From positions 6,220-70,219 of the forward strand of contig CAZGIZ010000001.1 of assembly GCA_964526655.1 (NCBI GenBank): a stretch of DNA of 64,000 bases, given 5' to 3'. The translations under genes and the position numbers were made by a program. The notes under the pieces are model-generated. The model ran no database searches, had not been told where the DNA came from, and was given only the letters and a program-made list of their open reading frames with translations. Every line of letters begins with the position of its first letter. Position 1 is the first letter of the stretch. The DNA comes from an uncultured Desulfobacteraceae bacterium (GTDB lineage Bacteria; Desulfobacterota; DSM-4660; Desulfatiglandales; HGW-15). Positions 1-11,073 of this stretch are shown here, in pieces.

Positions 1-68
1 CTGGAAAATGATTAAACCACAAATCCTTACCCTGTAAAATGTCGTCTCCTATGCAACTTTAAAAAAAT

Positions 69-1103
69 TTACTTCGTCCATACAGGATAACCAAGGGGTA
101 GGCGTAATAGTTTTATGGCATTGTCCTGGAAGATCTTCCGTTTTTCCGCTTCACTCAGCCCCATGCCCTCCACGGCTTCAATGGCCTGACGTATGAGTCG
201 CCTGCCAAGCTGGCTTCCAAAGGGGACGTCTGTGCCAAACAGCATCTGGTCCGTGCCTGCGAACATATGCGTGCACTGAAGCGCTCCAATATTTCCACTC
301 ACCGCCGTATCATAGTAGAACCGGCGAAAGTAAACCAGCGCGTGCTCTTTTAAATCGATATCCCTGAGTCCCATAAGCGTTTCATTGACATCATCCGCCC
401 AGTCCAGGCGGCCTGCCAGGTATGGAATGATACCACCGCTATGATGGGTAATTATCTTCAATCCCGGGAACCTCTCCATAATGCCGCTATATACGAGGCG
501 GCACATGGCCAATCCGGTTTGATAGGGCCAGCCCAGTTTCGTCCAGAGCCGGTACTTCGAGAACTCCTCTCCTTCATAGTCCGGTTTGTTCATGAGACCC
601 CGCGGATGAATGAAAATGGGGCGGCCGAATTCCTCCATCTTCTCGTAAAGTGGAATAAATTCCGGGGAATCAAGGGGCTTTCCAAGGATATCCGTAAAGA
701 CCTCCACGCCTCGCAGCCGCAATTCCTTAATGGCCCTTTCCGCCTCGGCGACAGCGGCGTCGGGATCATTCATCGGGAGTGTGGCCACACCTGCTGCAAA
801 TCGGTCGGGATACTTATGTACCAGTTCTGCCAATTCATCGTTTGCAATCCTGGCCAGCTCAAGTGCCAGTGCCGGAGGCGCAAGGGAGTATGCAGGCGGG
901 GCAGCGACCGTTATTACCTGCAGGTATTCATCGAAGGCGTCCATAACTCGAAAACGGGTCTCAAGGTCAAGCAGGGGGGTAACAGTCCTGGACCAACCGG
1001 ACGAGGGAAGCGTCGCGTCACGGTTGGGGATTTTTTTCTCCAGGGTTTCCTGATACTTTTTGGGCAAAATGTGGTTATAGGCATCAATAATCATGTGATT
1101 CAC
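69..1103 (-). CDS. amidohydrolase-2 family metal-dependent hydrolase/decarboxylase (ACMSD-like)
   Basis: 344-aa ORF. N-terminal IDAYNHILP (His-x-His metal site) and C-terminal LFGTDVPFG are typical of TIM-barrel amidohydrolase-2 enzymes. Co-oriented with the TRAP genes. Confidence 0.7.
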   Translation of the reverse strand: MNHMIIDAYNHILPKKYQETLEKKIPNRDATLPSSGWSRTVTPLLDLETRFRVMDAFDEYLQVITVAAPPAYSLAPPALALELARIANDELAELVHKYPDRFAAGVATLPMNDPDAAVAEAERAIKELRLRGVEVFTDILGKPLDSPEFIPLYEKMEEFGRPIFIHPRGLMNKPDYEGEEFSKYRLWTKLGWPYQTGLAMCRLVYSGIMERFPGLKIITHHSGGIIPYLAGRLDWADDVNETLMGLRDIDLKEHALVYFRRFYYDTAVSGNIGALQCTHMFAGTDQMLFGTDVPFGSQLGRRLIRQAIEAVEGMGLSEAEKRKIFQDNAIKLLRLPLGYPVWTK

Positions 1104-1154
1104 CTCCTTTAAAATGTCAGATGGCCGTAATTCTCACCGGCCGATCCATAAAAA

Positions 1155-3035
1155 TCAAGTTACACTATCAAATCCCGCTGCTGCTATTTTCTTCTTTTTC
1201 TTTATGACCTGGTAGGCAAAGCCCAACGCCAGCAGCAGGACCCCTCCAGCCAACCAGGACATTTTTGTTGTGTAGATATGGCACAAGAGCAAACCGGAGG
1301 CAGCAAAGAAAACAACCCGCTCCAACAGAGTCAAATCACTGAGAAGATAGCCGACAAAAGCGGCTTGAAGCCCGACAAAAATGAGGGCACAGGCGAGCAA
1401 TCCGACAATAGCGAAAACCGGATCCGAGTAATCCCCCAAAAAAGCGGGGGACCAGATAATCATGAATGGCAGGACAAATCCGGCTATTCCCACTTTGACC
1501 GCTTCAAGACCGGTTCTCATATAAGATGCGCCTGCAAGCTGAGCGCCGAAAAGGGCCGCAATGGCCACCGGAGGTGTAATATATGAAAAATTGGCAAAAT
1601 AAAAGGCAAAAAGGTGTGCGGATAATAAAGCCACTCCCATATTAATCAAAAGAGGAGCGAGTACAATGGCGACCAGTAAATAAGCCGCCGAAGCCGGTAA
1701 TCCGATCCCGAGTATGATTGCTACAACCGCCGTCATAACCAACAACAATAATAGATTTTGACCACAGAAATCCCCGACAGCAACAGGGAGTTTTATGCCC
1801 AGGCCTGTGCCCGTAATCGTCGCCACGATGATTCCCAGGGTGGCACAGGTCACTGCAATACTGCTTCCCAGATAAGCACCGCGGACGAATCCGTTAATCA
1901 GCTTTCGCAGTGAGGGCCGTGTATTCTTTCTAAAAAGGCTAAGGAAGGTAATGGTGACACACGCCCAGAAACTGACATTGAGAGGGGTTCTTCCCAGCAC
2001 AAAAAGTCCGATGATAACCAGCAGGGAACCGAGAAATAGAGGGGATCGTAAAATCAACTCTCTATAATTGACTTCTTCGGCCTTGGGCACGATGTTCATT
2101 TTGGCAGCCTGAAACTGCACATATAGGGCACAGGAAAAAATATAAAACAATGCCGGTACCACAGCCACTGCGATAATTCTTCCATAGGATATGCCCGTCA
2201 TTGCCGTTATAAGGAAAGCTGCTACTCCCATGACCGGAGGAATGATTGGTCCTCCTGTGGATGCTGCCGCCTCGATAGCGCCGGCCTGGTGGGGTCGATA
2301 CCCTACGGCCTTCATTGCGGGTATGGTATAGGAACCGGTAATGGTTACATTGGCGCCGGCCTGACCAGTCACCGAGCCCATAAGACCGCTGGTTAACACG
2401 GCGGCAAGGGCCGGGCCGGCCTTAAAACGACGGGCAATGAACTTCCCGAGCTGATTAAAAAACTCGGTAGCTCCGCAAACTTCCACCAGAGCGGCGAATA
2501 TCATGAAGAGAAACATAAACACAGCCGATACTCTCAGGATGGGACCGAAGATTCCTGTGCCGGAAAAACCGATAGACAGATTTGATATAATGACATCCCA
2601 CGACATCGGTAATGTATGGAAGGTTCCTGGGATAAAAGGCCCAACAAAAGTGTAGGCGATGCACAAAAGGGCTAAGGCAGGGAGCACCGGCCCGAAACAT
2701 TGCCTTGTTGCTTCGAGGCAGAGCAGAATAAGTGCTACTCCGAAGGCAAGATCGATATACGACGCCTGATACATTCCATACAGCTCGAGTCTTTCAGCGG
2801 ACACCCGAAGAAAAATGAAGCATACCCCACTAAGTAGAAACGCGGCCAATTTTAGGGGCAAGTACCTTGGATTTTTCTGAGCGAACATTAAAAACAGAAG
2901 CACGAGAGCAAAACCGAGATGGAATATCTGATGCTCCTTGACTCCCTGCAGGTAAGTCTGGGCGTAAATGAGATGATATCCCACCATCGCAATGGCCACG
3001 GCACCGACGATTATATCCAGAGTACGTTTGAACAC
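1155..3035 (-). CDS. TRAP transporter fused (small+large) permease, TAXI-associated type
   Basis: 626-aa, highly hydrophobic, many predicted TM helices. Length and composition match fused DctQM-like permeases. Lies directly downstream of a TAXI receptor gene. Confidence 0.8.
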   Translation of the reverse strand: MFKRTLDIIVGAVAIAMVGYHLIYAQTYLQGVKEHQIFHLGFALVLLFLMFAQKNPRYLPLKLAAFLLSGVCFIFLRVSAERLELYGMYQASYIDLAFGVALILLCLEATRQCFGPVLPALALLCIAYTFVGPFIPGTFHTLPMSWDVIISNLSIGFSGTGIFGPILRVSAVFMFLFMIFAALVEVCGATEFFNQLGKFIARRFKAGPALAAVLTSGLMGSVTGQAGANVTITGSYTIPAMKAVGYRPHQAGAIEAAASTGGPIIPPVMGVAAFLITAMTGISYGRIIAVAVVPALFYIFSCALYVQFQAAKMNIVPKAEEVNYRELILRSPLFLGSLLVIIGLFVLGRTPLNVSFWACVTITFLSLFRKNTRPSLRKLINGFVRGAYLGSSIAVTCATLGIIVATITGTGLGIKLPVAVGDFCGQNLLLLLVMTAVVAIILGIGLPASAAYLLVAIVLAPLLINMGVALLSAHLFAFYFANFSYITPPVAIAALFGAQLAGASYMRTGLEAVKVGIAGFVLPFMIIWSPAFLGDYSDPVFAIVGLLACALIFVGLQAAFVGYLLSDLTLLERVVFFAASGLLLCHIYTTKMSWLAGGVLLLALGFAYQVIKKKKKIAAAGFDSVT

Positions 3036-3059
3036 GACTAACCTGTCCTTTTTATGGAC

Positions 3060-4103
3060 TTACTGTCCTACCTTCAGCCCCTTCTCCTCATAAAACCGGG
3101 CCGCCGCAGGATGAAAATCATCCTCCGGCACAGCCACGTCGGCCAACGTCTTTGGTGTAATCCCCTTTCCGCTGGCATGGTAAGTCACAAAGTCATTGGC
3201 GTGGTCATATAAGATGGAGCAGAGCTCAGCGACAACATCATCGGGCATGCTCTTGTAAACCCACCATGAATTGCTCCACCACATCCTGTTTCCACCGAAC
3301 GCGTCCGATTTTCCAAATGCTTTGGGTTCCGCCTTCAAATAATAGATAGGATAACCGCTCTTTTCCCTGGCCTTTTTATAAGCATCTGCTTCAATATCGA
3401 CAAGGTAGCATTTTTTCGTGGCCAGCAACTCCTCGGCGGCCGGGATGGGGACCCAATCTTTATACTCTCCCTCACCCCACATGGTGGAGGACTGCAATCC
3501 TGCGTCCACTGTACCGTCTATAAGGGCATTCTTTATGCCGTCAAAGGAGGAGTAGCTTACCTTCCCGATATCATTAAAAACGCCGCACCCGTAATCCAAG
3601 ATGAATCGCGGTATAAATTCGATGGTGATACCCTTTATTCCTAAACAGAGACTTCTGCCTTTCAAATCCTGAGGACTTTTAATGTCCGGATTTGTCGTCA
3701 CGATAAAGCCACAATTGTTTGCTATCACTGCAAGGGCTTTTAATCCCGTAAATGCAGTTTTAAAAGGAGGATCGGCCTTTGCGGCCTGGGTGATTGCAAA
3801 TGGATTTGCCACTATTATGGTGTTTTTCAGCGCATTTGGGTTCTTTTGGAGGTATAGAATATTTGCAGATGAGCCTTTTGATTCCACGCAAGTTGCATGG
3901 AGTCGCGTGGAGTTTTTATTAATAATCTCCGCAAGGGCAAAGGAGAGAACGTAGGTCGTGCCTCCGAAGGGGTTGGAGTAAATTTGTATTTCGGTTTTAT
4001 CTTTCGAGGGCTCCGATTGGGCATAAGCAGGTGGAAGACATAGAACGGTTAAAGATATTGCTATAAAAATAGCCGACCAAAGTATCAATGATTTATTTCT
4101 CAT
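3060..4103 (-). CDS. TRAP transporter solute receptor, TAXI family
   Basis: 347-aa with an N-terminal signal peptide (ISLTVLCLPPAYAQ). Size and sequence pattern fit TAXI/Imp-type periplasmic binding proteins. First gene of the permease operon. Confidence 0.75.
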   Translation of the reverse strand: MRNKSLILWSAIFIAISLTVLCLPPAYAQSEPSKDKTEIQIYSNPFGGTTYVLSFALAEIINKNSTRLHATCVESKGSSANILYLQKNPNALKNTIIVANPFAITQAAKADPPFKTAFTGLKALAVIANNCGFIVTTNPDIKSPQDLKGRSLCLGIKGITIEFIPRFILDYGCGVFNDIGKVSYSSFDGIKNALIDGTVDAGLQSSTMWGEGEYKDWVPIPAAEELLATKKCYLVDIEADAYKKAREKSGYPIYYLKAEPKAFGKSDAFGGNRMWWSNSWWVYKSMPDDVVAELCSILYDHANDFVTYHASGKGITPKTLADVAVPEDDFHPAAARFYEEKGLKVGQ

Positions 4104-4586
4104 TGGTAGCCTCCTTTCGGATGGTGTGTTTTGGTGTTGAAGCCTAAAAAAGGATTATTGAATATCTTATCTCCTTACTGAAAACGAGAATCACCTCCCT
4201 TCTTGTCGATCAAATGCTGTACCATTCACAGCTTCGTAACCCGTGTGCTTCTCCATGTCCATTTTCATATCCCTAAAAGTGCAATAGATGCTGGCATATG
4301 GGTTGATGTACAAAGGATTTCTTTTTGTAGTCGGAGCATAGGGATTTTTGTTTTGTGAGTCAAGGATAAACTCGACATTTCAAATGGTGAAAGAGTGCTC
4401 ATGCAAACTTGCGTTTCTATTTTTTTTGTGTTAATTTGTGGTCGGACCAAGGCAACTGATTGAAATAATTCGATTATTCTATGAAAATGGCCATTTAAGC
4501 CTTTAAAACGGCTATTTTTGGACAGATTCACAATGAATTTCAACAAGATAGCTTGGTCCAACCACGGCCCGTGAAAATGAGATACT

Positions 4587-4976
4587 ATGAAAATTGAGCA
4601 CGTTGCACTATGGGCAAAAAATATCGATAATTTAAAATCGTTCTATGAAAAATATTTTAATGCGAAATCGAGTATCAAATATACAAATCCAAGAAAAAAT
4701 TACTCATCCTACTTTCTTAGTTTTGATTCAGATACACGATTAGAGATTATGCAAATGCACTCAGTGCCGGCTTCGAAGGGTGATCGATATGACCAATTTC
4801 TTGGTTATATTCACTTGGCTTTTTCAGTGGGTTCTGAGGATAAAGTCAATGCACTGACATCAAAATTGGCAAATGATGGTTTTGAAGTTCTTGACGGTCC
4901 CAGAAGAACAGGGGATGGCTATTACGAAAGTGTGGTTTTAGATCCTGAAAATAATCGGATTGAAATTACTGTATAG
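4587..4976 (+). CDS. VOC/glyoxalase-bleomycin resistance family protein
   Basis: 129-aa. MKIEHVALW start and HLAF...DGYYESVVLDPENNRIEI end are typical of the paired beta-alpha-beta-beta-beta VOC fold. Confidence 0.7.
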   Translation: MKIEHVALWAKNIDNLKSFYEKYFNAKSSIKYTNPRKNYSSYFLSFDSDTRLEIMQMHSVPASKGDRYDQFLGYIHLAFSVGSEDKVNALTSKLANDGFEVLDGPRRTGDGYYESVVLDPENNRIEITV

Positions 4977-5124
4977 AAGTAAAACAAGGATTGCAGCGGC
5001 GGTTTCAGCCCTCGAGAAAGGACTCATCAACAGCAAAAATCTTAGGGTCATGTCGATAGAATGGCGTATGATCGAATCCCCAGGCTGATTGATTTCAAGC
5101 GATGGTTGATTGTTGTTGTGGCTG

Positions 5125-6195
5125 TTACTTGTTGCCCGATTTCAGATTGAATCGGTATACCGTTTCCGATCGATAGGTTTCGCCGGGATGAAGGATGGTT
5201 GAAGGGAAGCCCGGCTGGTTGGGGGAATTTGGAAAATGCTGGGTTTCGAGGCACAGTCCCTGACGACGTCGGTGCGCACTGCCGCTTTTTCCATGGAACA
5301 GGCTGTGCAGCGAATTACCCGAGTAAAACTGAAGACCCGGCTCACTGGTATGCACCTCCAGTAACCGGCCGCTGCCCTTATCATACACAGATGCCTGCAG
5401 TTTGATCTTCCCATCATGATCATTGAGGACCCAGTTGTGGTCGTATCCTCCGACCCGGGCCAATTGCGCGTCGCCGCCATTTATGCGCTTGTTAATGGCG
5501 GTTGGTTTGCGAAAGTCGAGAGGGGTGTCTGAGACCGGAGAGATTTCACCCGTAGGAATAAACTCCGAATCAACCGGCAGAAAATGATCCGCATTGATCC
5601 ATACAATATGAGAGTCAATTGCAGTGCTATGATTTCCGGACAGGTTGAAATAGCCGTGACTGGATAAATTGACCGGGGTAGGTCGATCCGTTTCAGCCAA
5701 GTATTGGATGCCGAGTTCATTGTCATTATTCAGGGAATATGTCACGGCAACCGTCAAATTGCCGGGATATCCTTCCTCTCCGTCTTCGCTGACACGTTTG
5801 AGTGTCAGGCTTAAGCGGTCCTCCCCTTCTACAGGGTCTGCATTCCATAACCGCTTATCAAACCCAATCGTTCCGCCATGCAGATGATGCGCGCCATGGT
5901 TTCGTGACAAGTTGTAGGAGATACCGTTGAGGGTGAATCGACCGTGGGCGATTCGATTGGCATAGCGGCCGATGACGGCTCCCATATAGTTCGTGTCGTG
6001 CAGGTATCCCTCAGCGTCGTTATATCCCAGGATTATATCATCAAAGGCACCGTAACGATCGGGCACAATAAAGGCCTGAACGGCCGCTCCCAGATTGATA
6101 ATGCTGACGCTGATTTTGCGATCGTTGTAAAGAGTGAAGCGTGTGACGGGATGCCCAAGGGGTGTGTCGCCGAAATGACTTTTTTCGATACGCAC
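5125..6195 (-). CDS. galM: aldose 1-epimerase (mutarotase)
   Basis: 356-aa. Motifs GYNDAEGY, GRYANRI, HHLHGG..GFDKRLW and ETQHFPNSPN match GalM-type mutarotases. Lies 4 bp downstream of the sugar ABC ATPase gene. Confidence 0.85.
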   Translation of the reverse strand: MRIEKSHFGDTPLGHPVTRFTLYNDRKISVSIINLGAAVQAFIVPDRYGAFDDIILGYNDAEGYLHDTNYMGAVIGRYANRIAHGRFTLNGISYNLSRNHGAHHLHGGTIGFDKRLWNADPVEGEDRLSLTLKRVSEDGEEGYPGNLTVAVTYSLNNDNELGIQYLAETDRPTPVNLSSHGYFNLSGNHSTAIDSHIVWINADHFLPVDSEFIPTGEISPVSDTPLDFRKPTAINKRINGGDAQLARVGGYDHNWVLNDHDGKIKLQASVYDKGSGRLLEVHTSEPGLQFYSGNSLHSLFHGKSGSAHRRRQGLCLETQHFPNSPNQPGFPSTILHPGETYRSETVYRFNLKSGNK

Positions 6196-6199
6196 GTGG

Positions 6200-6967
6200 T
6201 TATGCCGGTCTAACGGGTTCCGGAATTTTGCCCATTATAATCATGCCCAAGACTTCATCTTTGGTCACATCCTTGGTCCGCCTGGTTCCAATCAACTGGC
6301 CGTTTTTTAAAACCGACACACGGTCCGACAGGTCAAATACATCATGCAGGTCATGGCTTATCAGAAAGATACCGATCCCCTCGCTTTTAAGCTGTTTGAT
6401 TAACTCGGCTACCATGGCAGTCTCCTGGGGACCGAGGGCCGCAGTAGGCTCATCCATAATGAGTACCTTGGCATTGAAGTAAATGGCTCTGGCGATGGCC
6501 ACGGATTGTCGCTGCCCGCCGCTCATGTTTTTGACCGGATCCGTAATATTCTTGAAGTTGGGGTTGAGCCGTTCGATGACCTTGCGGGCCTCATTCTCCA
6601 TTGCGCGGTCGTTGAGGGTCCCGTATGCGGTCATAATTTCGCGGCCCAGGAATAAATTGCTGGGTGCATCGAGATTGTCGGCCAAGGCAAGGGTCTGATA
6701 AATGGTTTCAATACCGTATTTGCGGGCATCACGGGGAGAATCGATATTTACTTTTTTGCCATTGATGCGGATTTCGCCTTCATCGCAGGGAATAGCCCCG
6801 GACAGCGCTTTCATCAACACGGTTTTTCCAGCGCCATTGTGTCCTAGGATACCTGCGACCTCTCCGGGATATAGATCGATACTCACCCCCTGGACGGCAT
6901 GAACGCCACCGAACCGTTTGTGGATGTTGATCATTTCAACCAGTGGTGTTTCTGGTATTTGGTTCAT
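6200..6967 (-). CDS. xylG: sugar ABC transporter ATP-binding protein (single NBD)
   Basis: 255-aa. Walker A GHNGAGKT, signature MSGGQRQ, Walker [11 protein letters not shown]. Sits in the xylF-xylH operon. It has only one nucleotide-binding domain. Confidence 0.8.
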   Translation of the reverse strand: MNQIPETPLVEMINIHKRFGGVHAVQGVSIDLYPGEVAGILGHNGAGKTVLMKALSGAIPCDEGEIRINGKKVNIDSPRDARKYGIETIYQTLALADNLDAPSNLFLGREIMTAYGTLNDRAMENEARKVIERLNPNFKNITDPVKNMSGGQRQSVAIARAIYFNAKVLIMDEPTAALGPQETAMVAELIKQLKSEGIGIFLISHDLHDVFDLSDRVSVLKNGQLIGTRRTKDVTKDEVLGMIIMGKIPEPVRPA

Positions 6968-6978
6968 ACCCAGCCTTT

Positions 6979-8214
6979 CTAAGGTCGGTTTTTGTTATAA
7001 ACCACGTCGAACCACACGGCAAGGATCAGAACGGCCCCTATCACCACTTGGCGCACGGCACTTGAAATGCCCAGCAGAACCATCCCGCTATCCAGGCTCT
7101 GCATGATTACCGCACCCAAAATAGCACCGGTGATTGTGCCCTGGCCGCCTGCCAGTGATGTTCCGCCGATAACGGCCGCGGCGATGACGTTAAGCTCGGC
7201 CAAGGAACCCATGGAATTGGCCCCGGCGTTTAATCGTGCGGTTGTGATGACCGCAGCGACGCTGCAGAGAAGCCCCATGACCATAAACACGAGGGTTGTG
7301 ATCTTCTTAACCGCTATACCTGAAAGCTCGGCCGCCTCCGGGTTGCCCCCGATGGCAAACACGTAGCGGCCGAATCTGGTGACTCTGGCCAGCAGGCTCA
7401 TACCTACCACAACGCAAATCATGATCAGAACCGGTACGGGTATGCCACGGGATATCTCGGTTCTTGGTTTGTAATAGGAGTTCATTACCATGACAAACCC
7501 GCATACCAGGGCGATCCCGATAGCCAGAAACAGCAATTGGATCGCAAGCGGTTTGCCCCTGAAACCATATTTTCGGCAGCTTCTGCGGACCATAATGAAG
7601 TTGATTACCAGCGCGGCGATGGCCACCCCGGCCAGAATCCAGCTCCAGGTTGCGCCGATCGAACCGTCGATGCCGCCGCCCAAGATCTGATAAGTCTTGT
7701 CCATGGGCGCAACGGTCCTGCCGTCGGTAACCATATAGGCCGCGCCTCGAAACATCAACAGGCCCGCCAGTGTGGCCACGAAGGAGGGTATGCCGCGATA
7801 AGAAATCCACCAGCCCTGCCACAAACCGATAAGCCCGCCCAGGACCAGGCCGCAAAGGATCGTCAGAGGCCAGTTCCAGTAGGCGCCAAGGGGAAACACG
7901 TGGACCTGGAGAAACGCAATGACCATCCCTGTAAACCCAAGGATCGAACCGACAGATAAATCGATGTGTCGACAGACAATGACGAGAACCATGCCGGTCG
8001 CCATGATACCCACGACACTCGACTGCACTGCCAAATTATACAAATTCCTGGCCGTGAAAAAGATGCCGTCGGTCATGATATTGAGGATGACCCATATCAC
8101 CAAAAGGGCAATGATCATGGCCAGCATGCGATTATCGATATCGGCTTGCCTGAGGCATCTGGAAAGGACGTTTCCTTTTTCTTCGACCTGGCACTCCTGG
8201 TCGGGCATGCACAT
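6979..8214 (-). CDS. xylH: xylose/monosaccharide ABC transporter permease (CUT2 family)
   Basis: 411-aa. Recalled E. coli XylH aligns along its length (TDG..ARN..N, EIDLSVGS-like [15 protein letters not shown]). Confidence 0.8.
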   Translation of the reverse strand: MCMPDQECQVEEKGNVLSRCLRQADIDNRMLAMIIALLVIWVILNIMTDGIFFTARNLYNLAVQSSVVGIMATGMVLVIVCRHIDLSVGSILGFTGMVIAFLQVHVFPLGAYWNWPLTILCGLVLGGLIGLWQGWWISYRGIPSFVATLAGLLMFRGAAYMVTDGRTVAPMDKTYQILGGGIDGSIGATWSWILAGVAIAALVINFIMVRRSCRKYGFRGKPLAIQLLFLAIGIALVCGFVMVMNSYYKPRTEISRGIPVPVLIMICVVVGMSLLARVTRFGRYVFAIGGNPEAAELSGIAVKKITTLVFMVMGLLCSVAAVITTARLNAGANSMGSLAELNVIAAAVIGGTSLAGGQGTITGAILGAVIMQSLDSGMVLLGISSAVRQVVIGAVLILAVWFDVVYNKNRP

Positions 8215-8270
8215 ACCCCGTTGAGAATTAAAGATTAAGGATCATCTCCGAATTAGTTGATCGATGATCA

Positions 8271-8371
8271 GGATTCAAGGATTCCAGGGGTTGAGGGTTC
8301 CCCGCAAAAATCAGCGGGATCTTCGACAAGTGAAAGTCTTTATAATTACAATAACATGAATCCTTGAATCC
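8271..8371. repeat. perfect 14-bp inverted repeat (GGATTCAAGGATTC / GAATCCTTGAATCC) flanking 73 nt
   Basis: Arms at 8271-8284 and 8358-8371 are exact reverse complements. Located in the 277-bp xylF-xylH spacer. The loop contains the CGGGATCTTCGACA motif. Confidence 0.7.
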
Positions 8372-8445
8372 CAGAACCCTTGGCCACTTTCTCCTGCCAG
8401 TTGGAAGAAGAACCAAAATTAAAAATGATTGTTGTTCCGGCACAA

Positions 8446-8476
8446 GGGGCGTTCGACTATTTATAGAGAACGCCCC
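8446..8476 (-). other. stem-loop immediately after the xylF stop (GGGGCGTTC-N13-GAACGCCCC)
   Basis: 9-bp perfect stem 16 nt downstream of the xylF stop on the transcribed strand, with no clear U-run. Candidate partial terminator or mRNA stabiliser. Confidence 0.4.
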
Positions 8477-8491
8477 CTGGGAAAGCAAATT

Positions 8492-9538
8492 TTATTTACA
8501 CGCGGCGGGAGCCTTGGATGGGTCAACACCCTGGCAAACCACCTCCTTTTTCACCCAACCCGCTTTTATGACAACATCCAGGTTGTCTTTGGTGATGGGC
8601 ACTGGTTTGAGCAAAATCGCATTCATCTCGACGCCCTTGGGGCCATCGGACCATTTAATGGCATTTTTGACCTTTTCCCCCTTGGCAAGCGCCATGGCGA
8701 TGTCGGCTGCGGCCTTACCCAAATCACGGGCATCCTTCCAGACCGATACGGTCTGGGTACCCCGGGCGACACGGTTCAATGCGGCGTGGTCGCCGTCCTG
8801 ACCGGATACCGGTGTAATGCCTTCCATGCCTTGTGCGGTCAGGGCGGCAACTACTCCACCGGCGGTGCCGTCGTTTGAAGCCACAACTGCATCTACTTTA
8901 TTATTATTGGCGGTAAGGATTTGCTCCATGTTCTTTTGGGCGACTTCCGGTTTCCAACCCTCGGTATACTGCTCACCCACATTTTTAATCTTCCCGGCAT
9001 CCATGGCCTCTTTCAACACTTCGAGTTGTCCCTCATGCAGAAAATCCGCGTTGGGATCGGTGGGAGAACCCTTGATGAACACATAATTGCCTTCCGGCTT
9101 GACCTTGAATACTGCCCGGGCCTGCATCCGTCCCACCTCCTTGTTATCGAAGGTCAGATAAAAAGCATAGGGATCTTCGATGAGTCGATCATACCCGACA
9201 ACGGGGATGCCTTCGGCCTTGGCCTTCGCGATGGCCGGAGCAATGGCGTCGGCATCGTATGCCAAAATAATCAGTGCATCACAGCCCCGGGAGATGAGAT
9301 TTTCTACATCGGCGATCTGTTTGGTTGAGTCGGCCTGCGCATCGGCGCTGATATATTTGGCGCCCAATTTCTTCAGCTGGCCCTTCATGGCTGCTTCGTC
9401 GGTCTTCCAACGTTCTTCCTGGAAGTTTGACCAGCTCACACCTATGGTAAATGATTTTGCCAGGGCGGTACCGCTTACCATGGTAAGCAGGGCCATAGCC
9501 ATTACCATACAACCAATACCCATTAAACGCTTTTTCAT
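8492..9538 (-). CDS. xylF: D-xylose ABC transporter substrate-binding protein
   Basis: 348-aa with a signal peptide. Long collinear similarity to recalled E. coli XylF ([37 protein letters not shown]). Confidence 0.85.
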   Translation of the reverse strand: MKKRLMGIGCMVMAMALLTMVSGTALAKSFTIGVSWSNFQEERWKTDEAAMKGQLKKLGAKYISADAQADSTKQIADVENLISRGCDALIILAYDADAIAPAIAKAKAEGIPVVGYDRLIEDPYAFYLTFDNKEVGRMQARAVFKVKPEGNYVFIKGSPTDPNADFLHEGQLEVLKEAMDAGKIKNVGEQYTEGWKPEVAQKNMEQILTANNNKVDAVVASNDGTAGGVVAALTAQGMEGITPVSGQDGDHAALNRVARGTQTVSVWKDARDLGKAAADIAMALAKGEKVKNAIKWSDGPKGVEMNAILLKPVPITKDNLDVVIKAGWVKKEVVCQGVDPSKAPAACK

Positions 9539-9741
9539 GTCGGACCTCCTTTTTGTTCTGTTTATGCAATTGTTTAGAGGAGAAATGGAATAAATTTCAC
9601 AGGCTTATCATTGCCTTGCGAGGGATTAATTCCATTTGTAAATTATTATTCCCATCCATGGCATACGTTGGTCCAATAGTCAATACTTTTTTGATTCCCA
9701 ATTGTTTTTTTCCTATTTTTTAAATGTGTTAGAAAAATCAG

Positions 9742-9769
9742 TTGACTTTAATACGAAAACTCCGATATT
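9742..9769 (+). promoter_or_regulatory. candidate sigma-70 promoter for xylR-xylAB
   Basis: TTGACT, 16 nt, GATATT in the AT-rich divergent xylF/xylR spacer. AT-rich palindromic stretches nearby (about 9820-9850) are candidate operators. Confidence 0.3.
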
Positions 9770-9858
9770 AGTTTATTACAAAAATAATATAAAGATTTTG
9801 GCCAATTATCAATTGGATTTATTGATTAATTAATATTTAAAAATATTAGGTATCTCAA

Positions 9859-11073
9859 ATGCCCATTCCTGTTCGGGATCTGATGCGGGTCATCAATCGA
9901 TCCAAAATCCTGGAGATCATCCGTACCGTCGGCATGATCTCGCGGGTTGATTTATCGCGTACCTCCGGATTGAGTCAGTCATTGATAACCGGATTGACCG
10001 CCGATCTGATCAATGAGGGTCTGATCATCGAAAAACAGTCCGGCAGGTATAAGGGTGGACGACGTCCCATGCTGTTGGCTCTGAATCCGGAAGGCGCCTT
10101 TGTCTTGGGCGTTAACCTTTCCTTAAGCGAAATCAGCGTGGTGATCGTTAACTTTCAAGGTACTGTCGTTGCGTCAAGGATCCAGCCACTGGCGCCGACT
10201 CATCATAGTGTATCGGAAATTACGGACAGCGTGGTGAGTGCTGCCCAGGCCTGCATTTGGGAGGCCAATTTTGCCAGAGAACAGATCAGCGGCATAGGGA
10301 TCGGGATCCCGGGATTGGTCAATCCCGATTCCGGCAATATCCGCTTCCTACCGAATTATGCCTGGGAGAATGTGAACCTGAAGGAAATGGTTCAAGATAG
10401 ACTTAAGCATCCATGCTATGTTGATAACAGCTCCAATACCCTGGCCCTTGCGGAGCAATGGTTTGGTGAAGGCAAGGGGATTGACAATTTTCTTGTCGTT
10501 ACAATCGAAAACGGCGTTGGTCTGGGCGCTGTTATCCATGGCCGAATTTACCGCGGTGAAGAAGGTGTCGCTGCAGAGTTCGGTCATATCACAATCGATC
10601 CGGAAGGTCCCGGATGCCGCTGCGGTAAAAAGGGATGTGTCGAAGCATTTGTCGGCAACATCGCCATTATGCGGGATGCCAAAGAGGCTGCGTTGAAAGG
10701 AAGATGGGGCTGTCCCAACCCGGATGAATTCACCTACAAGGAGGTGGTCAGGGCCGCGGAAAACGGTACCGAAGTACTGCTTCAGCTCTTCTCCCGTGCC
10801 GGCCGCGTTTTGGGGATCGGCGTTTCCCATTTGATTACGCTTTTTGACCCCAGAAAAATCATTATTACCGGACAGGGCGTACAGGCAGGTGAGCTGATTT
10901 TCAATGATATGTATGAGACGTTGGATCGATACGTTTCTCCGAAATTCGGTCGTCGGACCGTTGAAATAATTGTCAAGGAATGGACAGAGGAGGACTGGGC
11001 CAGGGGTGCCGGCGCGATGGTTTTGCAGGAATTATATAAATCGCCCGTCGGTCAGGTGGCGAGCAATCATTAG
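9859..11073 (+). CDS. xylR: ROK family transcriptional regulator (xylose repressor-like)
   Basis: 404-aa. N-terminal wHTH (NRSKILEIIRTVGMISRVDLSRTSGLSQ) plus a ROK sugar-kinase-like domain with Zn motif GHITIDPEGPGCRCGKKGCVE. Lies upstream of xylAB. Confidence 0.75.
   Translation: MPIPVRDLMRVINRSKILEIIRTVGMISRVDLSRTSGLSQSLITGLTADLINEGLIIEKQSGRYKGGRRPMLLALNPEGAFVLGVNLSLSEISVVIVNFQGTVVASRIQPLAPTHHSVSEITDSVVSAAQACIWEANFAREQISGIGIGIPGLVNPDSGNIRFLPNYAWENVNLKEMVQDRLKHPCYVDNSSNTLALAEQWFGEGKGIDNFLVVTIENGVGLGAVIHGRIYRGEEGVAAEFGHITIDPEGPGCRCGKKGCVEAFVGNIAIMRDAKEAALKGRWGCPNPDEFTYKEVVRAAENGTEVLLQLFSRAGRVLGIGVSHLITLFDPRKIIITGQGVQAGELIFNDMYETLDRYVSPKFGRRTVEIIVKEWTEEDWARGAGAMVLQELYKSPVGQVASNH

Noticed and set aside
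441-1112. 223-aa plus-strand ORF overlapping the amidohydrolase gene. Similar long antisense ORFs lie at 13004-13693, 20998-21654, 28621-29319, 35807-36454, 36527-37165, 42186-42713 and 11574-12113.
   Set aside because: All lie antisense to genes with strong family signatures and show Arg/Gly/Pro-rich shadow composition without start-site context.
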